Positions 36,289-49,164 of a DNA stretch of 64,000 bases are shown here, piece after piece. Both the position numbers and the translations under genes were made by a program. How positions within the stretch are numbered: position 1 is the stretch's first letter; every line of letters starts with the position of its first letter. The notes beneath the pieces are model-generated. The model ran no database searches and was not told where the DNA came from. It was given only the letters and a program-made list of their open reading frames with translations. This stretch comes from Calcarisporiella thermophila CBS 279.70 (Eukaryota > Fungi > Calcarisporiellomycota), in NCBI RefSeq assembly GCF_041956535.1, contig NW_027192197.1, positions 569,829 to 633,828 of the forward strand. Direction: 5' to 3'.

Positions 36289-37212
36289 CTAGAGTTCGGC
36301 ACGAAGTGTTTCATCTGACGAGACTGGGAGCTCCCCAGAATCCTCAATAACAACGTCTTCCAACGGGCGATCGCGGAAATCTGTCTTGGTGTTTTCGATC
36401 GCATAAACAACGTCCATGCCTTTGTAAAAACAATAAGTCTAGTCAGGAGCCTACGCGATTCTACTCAAAGTGTAGTGGGAGTATACCTTCAATTACTTTG
36501 CCAAAAACAACGTGTCTTCCATCCAACCAATTGGTTTGTACGGTCGTGATGAAAAACTGAGAACCATTCGTATCCTTGCCTGCGTTCGCCATCGACAAAA
36601 TACCCGGGCCGGTGTGACGAAGCTTGAAGTTTTCATCTTCAAAGCGTTCACCATAAATGGATTTGCCGCCTGTACCATCGCCATTTGTGAAATCACCGCC
36701 TTGAATCATAAATTCTTTAATGACGCGATGGAACTTCGAGCCTTTGTAGCCATAACCTTTCTGTTATATTAGAGCATATTAATGACAAGAAGGCAATGCA
36801 GGCAAACATCATCATACAATACCTCTCCAGTAGCTAGCGCACGGAAGTTTTCGGCTAAATTGGGCGAGATTTCAATTTAAATTCATATAATAGCAAAATT
36901 CCTTAACTTACTTGTTTTCGGAACAGTCTATAATAAAAAAATAATAATTTAATTTCAAAACCCCATTTCACGCCAGAATGAATCACTATTTTACCTTTCC
37001 GAACAAGCCTACTACAATACGGCCCAATTTCTTGTCACCTTGCTTCATGTCAAAGTAGACTAAAGTAAGAGATTAGCATCGAAGCCCATCTAAATCTTAT
37101 GTTCCTGCATACCTTTGTTGGTGATGATGGGACCTTTAGCAGCCTCGGCAGTGAAGAAAGAGAGAAGGAAGAAAATGGCCACCATGGCCACGACGAACTT
37201 TCCGCGAGTCAT
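36289..37212 (-). CDS. CPR5: ER cyclophilin B peptidyl-prolyl isomerase (6 exons, including a 16-nt microexon at 36912-36927)
   Basis: Signal peptide, [55 protein letters not shown]-terminal RAEL. Confidence 0.92.
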
Positions 37213-37889
37213 TCTGGTTATTTTTAATGAATGAAAAGTGGAAAGGTAGAATCTCGGAGAGAAATAATTTTCAAGGGAAACCGACCGCTTCGATTCGCCC
37301 ACGTCAACACATCAACTTAGCCAGAAATGTGACCTATTCGAGAACTTTTCGAAAATTTCATATAATTTATAAAATTGCACTTTTTAATATCTTTTCTCAG
37401 AATATACTCAATGATATACACAGACAAGTATCTTCATATTTGAGTGGTGTCCTCTAGCAAAAAACCATCAACAGAATCTCTGGGCTGCGCTATTTTTCAT
37501 GCTCTTCAAACAGTCTTCAATATTGGAGTGCAGCTGCGTTGAGAAAATGTCAAGCCAAGGTTATCTTGGTGAAATAATTTTTCTTGAAAGCAAGTTCGCC
37601 AACATGTTGTTGAATATCTGACTTAGTAACTAGATACTAGAATGATTTCCTTTGACTACAAAATTTTATGTTAATGAAAATGAAAAGTTTATTATATTAT
37701 GTCAGATTTTCGGTCCTGTTGTGCACTTTGGAGATACTGCATACATTTCAATTACCTCTTATCTTATAACAGGCTCCTTATTTCTGATCCATCTATACAT
37801 ACTTGTGTTTTATTCTTCAAATCTACTAAGCTAACTATAGGTTTCGAAATGAAATTTTCGCTATCTTGTTACTATCGAGATTTGTTCTT

Positions 37890-38323
37890 TCAAGATTGTT
37901 TTTCAACATCGACTGGAAGTCCCTTGCGAGCTTCAAAGAAGCTCTTGTTAATCGTGAGCAGCTAGATGCATTCAAATAGCAAATTTTAATATGCTATAAT
38001 TCGCCTGAACAATAAAAGGCATACCTTAGTGTTTTCATGATCTTTCACAGCGTTCCACGGACGGGGATTGGATCGCTTGTTGAGAATAACATCGGGATGA
38101 TTCAAATAGTAACCCATAAAGCTGTACGCAGTTAATATCAGTATGTAAATCTTTCATATGGTTTCTAAACTCACCCAATACCACCGCTAATTCCAGCGCC
38201 AACAATAACGAAAAGTGGTGCAAGCTATACAATATTATATATGATTGAAGGGTGAGAATTGAAATTAAAGTAGATGTAAGAACTTACTGCTTTATTCTTT
38301 CCAATGAATTGCCAAAATGCCAT
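37890..38323 (-). CDS. NDUFA4/COXFA4 (MLRQ/B12D)-like small mitochondrial membrane protein, 84 aa (exons 38323-38288, 38224-38175, 38121-38025, 37961-37890)
   Basis: Spliced translation MAFWQFIGKNKALAPLFVIVGAGISGGIGFMGYYLNHPDVILNKRSNPRPWNAVKDHENTKLLTINKSFF..., with the L-x-P-L-F TM / PDV / NPxPW signature. Absent from the ORF track. Confidence 0.85.
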
Positions 38324-38527
38324 AGTGTAGCCTTCACAGTTGGGTAGAGATGAGAAACTTGATTTTTGCGGATGAATTAAAATATTAAAGTAGGTGGGAA
38401 TGGTTTTCATCTATCTATTTTTGGAGTCTGATATTCTTCTGAAACCATATGTTTGAAATCCACAATCTGGTCAGGGAATTGTGCTTTCCCTCCTTTTCAT
38501 ATCAAAGAACACTTCCATCCATCCATC

Positions 38528-39025
38528 ATGGTGAGTTATCTTAATTCATCCATCCGGCAGCATATATGTGGAAGAATATGTCTCTACTCTATGCCGTGAA
38601 GCAGATTTTGGATGAATTTTACAGTTAGAGTGACATCTTTTCTACATCGCTCCATGATCTAAGATCAAGGATAGATCTATCCAATAATCAGCGCTAATAT
38701 TTGAAAAGTTTTCCTTCAATTGCAAGATCTGGCCACTTATTCACTGTTTATATTGATCACATATAGGGTAAAGTCCACGGTTCTCTTGCGCGTGCTGGTA
38801 AGGTCAAATCCCAGACTCCCAAGGTCGAGAAGCAAGAAAAACAGAAGAAGCCTACTGGACGTGCTAAGAAGCGCATCCAATACAACCGTAGATTTGTCAA
38901 CGTGACGAACATGGTCGGTGGCAAGCGCAGAGTAAGTTTTCCAATACTTTTTACGCCTGGCAGACGATGAAATTGAACTCAACATTTTGTCGTATTGATA
39001 GATGAACCCTGCCCCCACCAAATAA
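38528..39025 (+). CDS. RPS30: 40S ribosomal protein eS30 (ATG-only first exon; introns 38531-38766 and about 38932-39001)
   Basis: [47 protein letters not shown]...MNPAPTK*. Confidence 0.96.
38603..38740 (+). ncRNA. Candidate intronic H/ACA-like snoRNA
   Basis: Hairpin (AGATTTTGGA/TCCATGATCT), H box AGATCA at 38662-38667, second hairpin (GGATAGATCT/AGATCTGGCC), all within the unusually long RPS30 intron. The tail reads ACT rather than ACA. Confidence 0.35.
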
Positions 39026-40195
39026 TTCAGTACTCTGCGATTCTCTGTTATTCTCTGTTTTACTTTTCCACGCATTTTCTTTGATTATTATTATGAAGAA
39101 GAAAATACTTGTGCGAACCTCCGAATATGTTCCCCACTGTAAATTAAGAATATGAATAGATTATGTTCTTTCATGAGGGATCGCTGCTTTAAGTGTAGTG
39201 CTATTTTGCACTGATCTAAATTTTAAAAGGCAATTACGAATAGTTGCCCGTGTGAAAGACAATCGATAGCTTCAATGAATAATCTTACAGACGTTAGATT
39301 GACAATGCCGAGATTTATCATACAATTGCAATAGCTGTTATCTATTAAACTCATATTCCACTCCGTCCAATGCCGAGGCAATGCGTGCTGTGTACTTGCA
39401 TCAGTAGAAATCGAGATGATTTCTTCGTGTATCTACTGCCGAAAGGTTTGTAGCTATATATAGGTGTTTTGGAAGCAACTGAACTTTCGGTAGCTCTATG
39501 TCTACGGTAAACTTAGCAAATATCAAAGGTTGAGCGAACCCAAATATCATAGGGCCACTTGGTGAAGTGATCAAAATGTAAATTGTACTCGTCACTGCTT
39601 TTACTCTCCAAATTGTCTAGTGTTGATTTTGCAATATTACACGATTTAATATGTATAGGTAGTAAAATAATACTATGATTAATAAACTAGGCCATAATAA
39701 TTAGAGAGAAAGTTTCCATGAAAAAAAAAAAGCAGTATCGTACTGGTCGGCTAGTAAAGGATATGTTTGAGAAAGGTGTATTGAAAGGATCAGGATATTT
39801 GGGGATTCAAGAGTACTCGTACATTTATGTTAAATGAATTTGATAGTAACGATAGGTGGCTGAAGCGGGGTATATTCCTCGCGTAACATAGCCTATATTA
39901 CAAAGGAATTCTGTTTGATCGAGTGTAGAGATTCCGGTCAACTTCCCCTGAGAGATCTCACGATTCTTTTCACGATCTTTTTTACATTGTTCTATTATTC
40001 ATCCAATGTCCTGCCAATTTTTCGAAGATTAACGGAAATTAGTTTTGATTTCGATCCTACTATTATTTTATTTTTCTCTTCACTTTATTACATTGAGCGC
40101 GATTGGAAATTTTTCCTAGTATTATCAACCGCAAGGGGTAAGGGAAGCGGAAGCGACAAAAGCGCATCTTTCAATAGTATAATCTACAACTGGCG

Positions 40196-43100
40196 ATGGA
40201 GAGAGATGGCACTGTCCAAACACCCGATGAGAACAATCCTTTTCTCTTCCACTCGCCACGATCTTTAAACCCGGAGGAGGTTAAAATGCAGGTAATCACC
40301 TTCATCCGTTGCCTTATTCTTTTGAAAAAAAAAACAAGTTACTACGTTCGCTATCTTTGTAGCTCGAACAAGCCCTCCAAAGGTTGCAAATCGAAGAAAA
40401 GATCAAGGAGGGCGCTGAAAATATGCTTCAGGTAATTTTTTTTCCATCCTTGGAAATTATATGTCAGGATCGGTTATATTTCCGAATTGTTAAAATGGGC
40501 GATGGTAGATTTACGAGAATCAGGAAGAGAAGAAACATCTGAAGCGTAAGGTGGAGACCCAGCTGGAGAATGCCACGCGTAACATCGATCGATTAACTAG
40601 GATCGTTGAAAAATTCAGAAACATCTCCGGTATGGTTAAAATAATGTTCATAAAATAAGTCATATTATTTAGAGATTTTTTTTTTGTGTGTAGGAGGTGT
40701 CTCTGATACAAGTAGCGCTTTACCGAATGGTCCGGTACCTCTTTCATCACTAAGCTGGTCAGGTGCTAATTCCGGCAGTAGTCGCAGAGCACGAGCACCG
40801 GCCCCTGCGCCATCCGACGCCTCAATTCTGCAGGCGGATGGTAACTATTCCTACTCTCTCTAGACGAGTTCTCTGCTTGAGTTTCTAATAATGATTTCTT
40901 TAGACACAAGAACGATTAAAGAACGAATATCTGATATTCTTAATCAGCTCCGCGCGGCCAATGAGCCAGCTTCCACGCGTGTCGAGCAGCTTCAACTGCT
41001 CGTCCGAATATTGTCAACCGTAACCACAATATCTGAGCACTATTCCGTCGAAGAACTCATTATCGGGTATGGAGTTATGGATGTTAAGGGTGGGTAGCCA
41101 ATACTAACCCTGTTCCTGTCATAAAGCCTACGAATATGCTTGTGCGATCCTATCAAGGAGGTGCGTGCGCTTGCATACAATTCATTAAGGCACCTGATCA
41201 GCGATGTGGAGACCATCAAGCTTATACTCAGCTACAACGTCGATTTGTTTATCATTAGGTAATTGCCGAGCACCACCGTTTAGTGTTATCATTTCGCTTT
41301 GTGATTTGCGAAGACGAATATTGATGGGATTTTCCTCCCCCTATAGATCACTGGGTCGAGGCTCGAGTGCTGAGCCGGAGCGCGACTATGCATTGAAGCT
41401 CGTACGGCAAATAATGGATACACCTCATGGTGTGGACCTGATCTCGGAAGGAGTTGTGCGTGCAATCACAGCCATTGCCGAGCAATTGGAGGACAAACTG
41501 ATGCCAATCTGCTTGGAGACGTTGGCCGAGTTGGGTATGAATGAACCATTTCAGGACTTCCATGTAGCAAGGTGGATTCATCCGGCTATTTGTTAGCTGT
41601 TCACAATATCAGCCTGGTCGTCAAAGGGGGCGGAATGCGTGCTCTTCTGCATGCACTAGTGGATGGTCCACGCGAGTTGGCAGATACTCTCCCCATTACA
41701 CTCTTGTATATCCTAGATGCTCCCGCAACACGGTGTTATGTGCGATCGGGCGTGGATCTCGAGGTATGCATACTTGAATAGCGATGGTCTCAAAGCTGCC
41801 ATCAAGACTTACGGGTGCGTCAATAGATTGCTGTTTCTGGATTCACAGATGCCTACACTCGCGGTCCCAACTATGAGAAGCGTCTTCAGCGCAGTGCGCA
41901 AGTTGTGCTTTCGCTTCTAAAGCACTGGACGGGTATCATTTACCTGTGTGCAGATGGCAAGAAATCTATAAAGAGCATGGTTGAGAGTCTACGGTTCTCC
42001 CATGAAGAAATTCAGGTACGCAGGCTCTGTTTTTTTTTTTTTTAGAAATGTGAGAGATTTTGTGTTAACGAGGGTGGGGATGTAGAAAATTCTGCTAGGG
42101 ATGTTTTTTGATATATTTCGTATACGGACGCCGCCAGAATATGATCTGTTTTTGGCTGGGCGAAGGCATTCGGGTACGTATTTCTTTTCGCCTCATCCAA
42201 AATCCACCCTTCAATCATTTCCCTGACATTTGCACGAATGCGTCGCTCACCCTATATTATCCCCATGTATAGTGTATGTGGGAAGAATGGTTCATGAGGA
42301 CAATTCCGAGGAACAGGATCCAGAGGATGCTGAATTGCTTCGATTCAAGGATCGGCTCAACTTACTCGATGCACACCTGAGCATTTTGTTGATTGTATTT
42401 ATTGAAGCGGGATTGCTGGAGGTACCGACCCGCTGATCTGTGTCTGTAAATTTCAAGCAGGTTTATTCTCCTCCTTTTCTCAAAACATAGGCTCTCATCT
42501 CGCTCATCGAGGGCAATGACGTATTTATTCGAAGAAAAGCTACCCTGCTCATTGGAGAAATATTGCAGCTATGTACACGGCTGCTGCCGGCCTCGTGGGC
42601 AACAAAGATTCAGGTATTACATTTGCTTCATGACATCGGATCAATTCCCTTCTGGATAGGCTAATCTATCGGCTTGTTCTAGTCTTTGCCGAGGTTGTTC
42701 GAACTGGCTGCCAAGTTTGAGGATGAGGCAGTGCGCCACTCGGCCACGGCTGCGCTTAATCATATAGATCGGTTGATCCGCCTACGGAATCGCACTATGG
42801 TTGAAGATGAAGACGATCGAAGTGAAAGGTAACTGCTTTTCCTGAAGCCCGATAGGACGGATCTTGACGTTGCAAGGATTGATTTTGGCTGCAGACCCTT
42901 TGGCAAGAAACGAGAGCGTAACAAGCGTCAGGTTGAACAGGTCAAAGTGCGGATGGGGATACAGATTGATGACTTGCACTTTAGAAATTTACTTATGGAT
43001 ACCCAGGTAGAGTTTGATTTCTGCGCCGTTCCTCTAATCTCTTCGCATTCTCAACATCGTCTTCTTAATCCTCCTCTGCCTTCCCCTTCCCCTCTTTCCT

Positions 43101-45523
43101 CCCTTGACAGGTGCTTAACACCAAAGATTATACAAAGTGGAATTGGGATAATATACTTGAACTGCTTCATGGCCCGCTGTTGAATCCCCGCCGTTTAGAA
43201 GACACTATCAAGAGCACCTTTATGAAGCGGCTAATCGGTTTTTACCAACCTTATTCTCGCCGCTTTTCCGAGATTCGTGCCACCAAGGTATGGACTCTGC
43301 CTCGTGCTTTTCGGCGAGTGGTTTGAAAGGAAAGTTGAATTTTTAATGGTTCCGCAGGGAAATAAGCGGTACGTGAAGATCGGATGTGCTCTCTTGACCA
43401 CGCTTCTTGCCAGTGCCGATGGCACTCGCTACCTGGCGGAGAACAAGCTTCTGCAAGACATTGCCGACTGTCTAACCGAGCTTGATCCTCTGAGTGCCAG
43501 CGAAGAGCCACTCTTCTCTAGAGAACGTATGGCCAACACGCTCACCTCGGCCTATTTTACCTTCCTTGGCACTCTCTCCAAGTTCCAGGAGGGGATGCGC
43601 ATCATGGAGCGCTTCAAAATCTTCAACCAGCTGTACCGGCTCTCGGAGTCGCGCAGCCGTGAAGACCTGATTAAGGCCATGGTGGTGAACTTCGACTATT
43701 CCATGCATGGCCATCCCAGAATCATCCTTGCCAAGATCATGACCTCCAGCTACAAACACATCCGCCTCTTTGCGACCCAGCATCTGGGCCGGGTTTTGCG
43801 GGAGTCGCCCACCAAAATCAACGACTGGGCGGTTCCCCTGCTCATCACGCAGCTGTATGATCCCAATGCGGAGGTGGCCCGGATGGCGGTGACCGTGCTC
43901 GACGAGGCGTGCAATTACCAGGAGAATCTGGACTTGCTGGTGCAGCTGCGCCCAAGTCTCGACCATTTGGGGGAGGCGGGGAAACCGCTGCTGCTTCGAT
44001 TCCTCTCCACATCGACCGGGTTCCGGTACCTGAACGAGCTCGATTACATAGGAGGCGAGATGGACGACTGGTTCTACGGGAGGAACCTGCACTATGTGAC
44101 GCAGCTAGAAATCTCGCTCATGCGGGCCATGATCAATACCCCGGAGCGGAAGAAGCCGAGTGTGTTTGAGGAGCGGATCGATGATGAGGTGGACTTTGAG
44201 AAACTGTATGTATTTTATATTTTTTTTTTGGTTTCCAAAAAAGGGGCTTCGGTGTCCTTTACTAGAGAATTACTCATTCTTTTTCTTTCACGCTGTGACA
44301 GACAACCCGGTGATGGGATCACTCCCCCGCATTTTTACGGGGAGCTCACTAAGACTGCAGAGGGGTGTCAGCTTCTGCGCGAAAAGGGACATTTCCACGT
44401 CTTTGCCGAGTATATCCGCGAGTGGGGCATGGAGAGCCAGGACATGGAGGCGGTACAAAAGTTGAAATCCATCCTCTGGGCGGTGGTAATTATATGAATT
44501 GCGTGAGAGGGTTTGGCATATATTCGTTAGGAGCTGACCACGCTTTTATTTTTGCTTTCGGGGGGCTGGGTCTCTTGTAGGGGAATATAGGGTCGACGAA
44601 GGATGGCTTGCCTTTCCTAGAGGAGGAAGATGTAATCCGATCCATTGTGGAGATCGCCGAAAAGAGCGAGGTTTTATCGCTTAAAGGGTATGCGGTCATC
44701 CGACCTCAGAGCCACTTTCTAGTGAACTCAGCAGGCTGGGGGATAACCTCTCATTCTTTCTCCCTCTTTTTTCCTTTATAGAACCTGCTTTTACGTCCTT
44801 GGCCTCATCTCCAAGACCCAACAAGGCATCGATCTCCTCGAGGAATTTGGGTGGGACTGTGTCACGTCTCCTACCACACGTCGGCCTCCGCCTGGACTTT
44901 GCGTGCCCGCCGAGTTAAGCTCTTTTCTCTCCATCTCAGAGTGGGCCTATGCCGGGGAGCTTGCGCCGCAGCCCCAGACCCTTTATCTCCACTGGGCTGG
45001 CAAGTCGGAGATCGACACACGCATTCTCAAGGCCATTGGGGATCTGAGCAACCACATTTTGGCCAGCGCGGCAAGTCGCACGCTTGTGCGATTAAAGCAG
45101 CAGATCCCTGAGGCGTTCAGGAGCGCGGGGCTCTACCGGGCCACGCTTGAAATGCTCTCGTCCTACCGGTATCGATTTGGGGTTCGGAAATTCGCGCTGG
45201 AACTGTTTGATGAGGCGAGCATCATGAACGAGTGTGGAGGAGACATGATGCTCGCCAAGGACGCCGACGCAGACCACGGTGGGGCCCTATCGACTGCTGT
45301 CAACGGGGGCGCGGTGCGGGCGGGCCAGGGAGCGGAGCTTGGGGGGGAGCTTATGCTTGAGTTCCCATCCTATTTTGCGGCCGAGGACATTCAAAGCGAG
45401 AGCTACCAGGAGCGGGGGGTCGTTGCGGGCGGAGTGGCGGACGGGATCGATACCGGTGAGATCCCGAGAGCGGTGGTCCTAGAGCCAGGGATAGTGGTGC
45501 GAGGATTTGATGTAGCAAGCTAA
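40196..45523 (+). CDS. AVO3: TORC2 subunit Rictor/Avo3/Ste20 with N-terminal HR1 domain (about 19 exons)
   Basis: HR1 IEEKIKEGAENMLQ, EPERDYALKLVR, ICLETLAEL, TKDYTKWNWDNI, FDYSMHGHPRIIL, LLITQLYDP, PPHFYGEL, LWAVGNIGS, SLKGTCFYVLGLIS. Confidence 0.93.
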
Positions 45524-46741
45524 AGCATTTTGGATCGTGTTTATTTAATTTTTTTTATTATTTTGACGATAACAGGCTCTTATCATTACTTTTCTTTTCC
45601 TGCCCTTTGGTTTCATTTCTCTCTCTCATCGAGTAATTTGCCCTTCACCTCTCTCCCTCTCTCTCACCTTTTTTTCCACTTTTTTTTTCATCCTCCTTTG
45701 TCTTGTTTAGTTTGTCTGCTCTTGTATGTCTCGTTTCGGGCTCGTTTTCTTCTGTAAATATAGGAAAGACGCTTTTTTTATCTGTTATCATGCTCTATCT
45801 AAATTAAAGCTTACGCTGAGGGGCCCCAGCTCCTATCAGAGGGAGCAGGAGGCAAGATTAGGGTCCCCAAAATGTTGGGCTTTGGATAAGGTTTTTGCAG
45901 CGCAAAACAAGCTCTGGGCCGCAGGAGGAGCGTGGAGACGTCACCGAGGTTCCCGCTAAGGTTGAATTTAATTTTCCCCGCTTTCTTCATGCTCCCCAGC
46001 GGTGGCCTTGGCTCCCTTGCGAAGGGGGAGGGGGCTATTTTTAGCGCACATCTGGAGGCCAGATATGGCGCGATCTAGTCAACACCCTCTGCGATTCGGA
46101 TTCATCAAGGGAGAGCGGGCCTAGTGGCTCGATGGGGGATGCCGGTTTCAAAGAGTCTTGCGATCGGCCGAATCATCAGGCCCTATCGCGAATTATCCAC
46201 CCCCCGCATTCTGACTGAAGCGGTTTTAATTGAATTGGTCCGAACCCTAAGCGAGGCAGCGGGGCTGTTTTCTCCAGCAGGGTGGCGGGTCTAGATGCAT
46301 TATTGATAGCGGCTTCCTGATTCATTCCAACATTCGAATGAGTCGAGGGCCTGTCTGGCTGCGGGAACCTTGGTTGCACGATAAAACCTTTTCTATCATT
46401 TCGTTATCAAATAAATTGGATATCAACGGTTTCTCTCTGGTTTGTTTCCCGTCCGCCCTCCCCACCCGCCCGCATCTCCTCCCCCCTTGCTTCTCCTAGC
46501 CGTGGAGCCGACGAGTCCATGTGCAGATCTTGTCATGATCCTTATGCCTTAATGATCTTTAATGAACTTTAAGCTCTGAACTCTCTTATTGCTTTAATAC
46601 TTTTTTTCTTACTCTCTTGTCTTGCCTGCCTCTCCTCCCCCTCTTCGTCCCTCATAGTGTGTCCTTAGCCTCACACGCTTCTATTTTATCACCCATCCTA
46701 TCCTCATTGTTGGCCAAATCGCTGATCTCTGCACTTGCATT

Positions 46742-47848
46742 ATGCCCTACGTTGCTCCCACCCCCGCTGCCACACGCCCTCCGAGAGAACAACCTCGCCA
46801 GTGGCGCGTCATTCTCTTCCCCTCCGCCCCCGCGACAAAGCCCACCACGGACGAGGGCTACTTTTCGCCGCTGGTATCCCCACGGTTCCTCGAGGAGAAA
46901 GACTCCTCTCCACACGGCTATCTCCCGCTCTCGCCCCCTCGCTCTCCTCCGATATCTCCTCCCCTGACGCCCACGTCTCCCTTGACGCAGCAGGAGGTGC
47001 GCAAGAAGAGTGGCGAGCTGGTCCGACCGGCTCTGAAGCGAACCAAAAGTGCCGACCGAAAGTACGTGCGGTTTGATGAAATCCAGCTTGAGCGAGTGCG
47101 ATTCTTTGCGTCCGGCGAGCAGCCGGATGGGCTCAAGGAAGAGGAGAGGGAGAGGGTGGACTTACTGGATGGGGAATTGGGAGTGGAGCTGGATAACTTC
47201 ACGGCACCCACTGTAGCGTCCTTGGACACGCCCATCATGATTGAGGAGGTGGGGCTCGATGGGAACCGGTGTTTGCGGGGGCTAGTCCTGGTGCGAAACT
47301 TCGTCTACCACAAGCGGATCGCCATCCGGTACTCGCTCGATCGATGGCGCACGGTTCGCGAGGTCGCGGCGTGCTATGACAGCTCGCCGAGCGCCGAGTG
47401 GGACCGCTTCGAGTTCAGGATAGGGGTGTCGCGAGGGCAGATTCTTACTTTTGCGGTCCGATACGAGGCCGAGGGGCGAGACCCAGTGTGGGCGAATAAT
47501 GAGGGCCGAGATTATTGCGTTCGGATCATGCCGAAGCTGCTGCTTGCCAAAAAATTGCCCCAAGAGGCCCTGGTGATGTGGAAGGACGAGGATGCCCTGC
47601 CCATCATCGGGAGACTCTCCAAATCCAAGTACGATTTGGAAGCGTCCCTCACCGCTGCCGTCAACGCTGCCCCCGCCCGTTTCCCCGCCCCCGCCCCCTC
47701 TTCCCATCCCCGGCTCCTCCCGGTCGACTCGAAAGATTACCTGGACTTTGTTGCGAAATACTGCTTCTTCAAGCCCGAGCAAGCGTCTAGCGGGATCTAT
47801 TCATCCTCTCCGGGCTCGGCAAGGACGATGACCTGTATTCGCGGTTGA
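46742..47848 (+). CDS. PP1 (Glc7) glycogen-targeting regulatory subunit with CBM21 (Gac1/Gip2-like), intronless
   Basis: RKKSGELVRPALK, KYVRF (RVxF), CBM21 GLVLVRNFVYHKRIAIRYSLDRW...DRFEF...FAVRY...WANNEGRDY, C-terminal YCFF. Confidence 0.9.
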   Translation: MPYVAPTPAATRPPREQPRQWRVILFPSAPATKPTTDEGYFSPLVSPRFLEEKDSSPHGYLPLSPPRSPPISPPLTPTSPLTQQEVRKKSGELVRPALKRTKSADRKYVRFDEIQLERVRFFASGEQPDGLKEEERERVDLLDGELGVELDNFTAPTVASLDTPIMIEEVGLDGNRCLRGLVLVRNFVYHKRIAIRYSLDRWRTVREVAACYDSSPSAEWDRFEFRIGVSRGQILTFAVRYEAEGRDPVWANNEGRDYCVRIMPKLLLAKKLPQEALVMWKDEDALPIIGRLSKSKYDLEASLTAAVNAAPARFPAPAPSSHPRLLPVDSKDYLDFVAKYCFFKPEQASSGIYSSSPGSARTMTCIRG

Positions 47849-48250
47849 AATAACGCGCAAAAATGTTTGTATTTCTCTCCCGGACTCTTTTTCCGCCGTT
47901 ATTCCTGTATATTTTTTTTTTCGCTTTGCCGTTTGGGGTTAACTTTTTAATAGGCTTGTCCTCGCTTTTGTGCTATTCTATTATGCCTTTTTTTTTCCCT
48001 ATCAAACATAATGATCGATATTGTTGCTATTCGTTTGCCATTGTTTCGGAAAGTAATTATGAAAGTTATATTTCTTTTTCATACACTATATGCTACTATT
48101 TGTTGTTTCCTCTACTCTTTCTCTTCCCTGTAATTCAGTGCTTCTGCCCAAAAATATCCAATTGAGAGTATATGTTTGCGCGGTGGACTCTGCCCTTGAT
48201 GCATTGAATCTTGCTGTTTCAAATGCGCTGACAGCCCCTCCTGATATGGC

Positions 48251-48265
48251 GGGGGGGGGGGGGGG
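48251..48265 (+). repeat. Poly-G run (G15)
   Basis: Directly visible in the intergenic region. Confidence 0.8.
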
Positions 48266-49164
48266 AACATGCCGCGGCTGCTAGAGGCACGCGGGTTTCC
48301 CATGGAACCGTCGACCAGGGGAAGGCTCTGTGTGAATTTCCAAGGCTCGCGACGTTATCGCTTGCTTAGACAATGAAATGATCGGCACGCTTTCCGATTG
48401 GGTGCCATCCAAAATGCAATTCTGGTCCGACTATATTCAGTAGCACTCGGTAATAATGTCGCCCAAACACGGGGCCACAAGGGGCTGCTGGGCTCTGGCC
48501 GTCACGCCCCCGGCCGGCCTTGAGAAAGGGAGCCAAGACGACCGCATCGACGGGCCGTCTTCCACGCTGACGGTTTTGAGCAGCAGGCTCAGTCGCCTCC
48601 CAAGGGTTTTCCCCCAACATCTTGAAAGTACGGCGCCCCTTTCCCAATTTGTATAAAAATCGACAGGATGCCGCAAAGCGGTGACAGGCATGAAAGCAGC
48701 TGCTTTAATTACCGGGCTTCCCATCCCATTGCTGCTAAGACCCAACACCGCAGGTCCGCCGCTGAAAATGTCATGGCGGGTGCAGCATGCAGCCGGGATT
48801 CACGGGCCAGGCAGATTACACTGCAGGGCTCGGATGGAGTAGGGGACGGCTGGGGGGATTCGTGGAATGCGGCCGCGGGTGGAAGTCGGAGGGAGGGAGT
48901 GGGGATGCGCGAGAAGATAAATACCCATTAGTCGGGATGAGCTTGGGCCAGGCCCAGTAACCATAAATCGGCTGGCAGAGCTACAGCCACAAATCCCAAC
49001 AAAAATATTAGCCGAGTCATAACCACGTCTAGGTTTTTCCACCTGATTGCTAATCTGAATTCCGATTTTTGTGGTGCTTGCACGTCCAATGCCCACAGGA
49101 GACCTGTAGATCCATCACTTCGCTTGAATTCCCCTCCCCCTACGATCTATTGAGCTCAGTAGGA

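Noticed and set aside
39400-39900. Minus-strand ATATCCTTT (U12 AT-AC-like donor, about 39755-39763) and short ORFs
   Set aside because: No matching TCCTTAAC branch or coherent coding frame was found.
44206-44301. In-frame stopless 96-nt segment within Rictor ORF 43277-44497
   Set aside because: It has canonical GT-AG ends and T-rich composition, so it is best read as an ordinary intron. Stopless 3n introns arise by chance.
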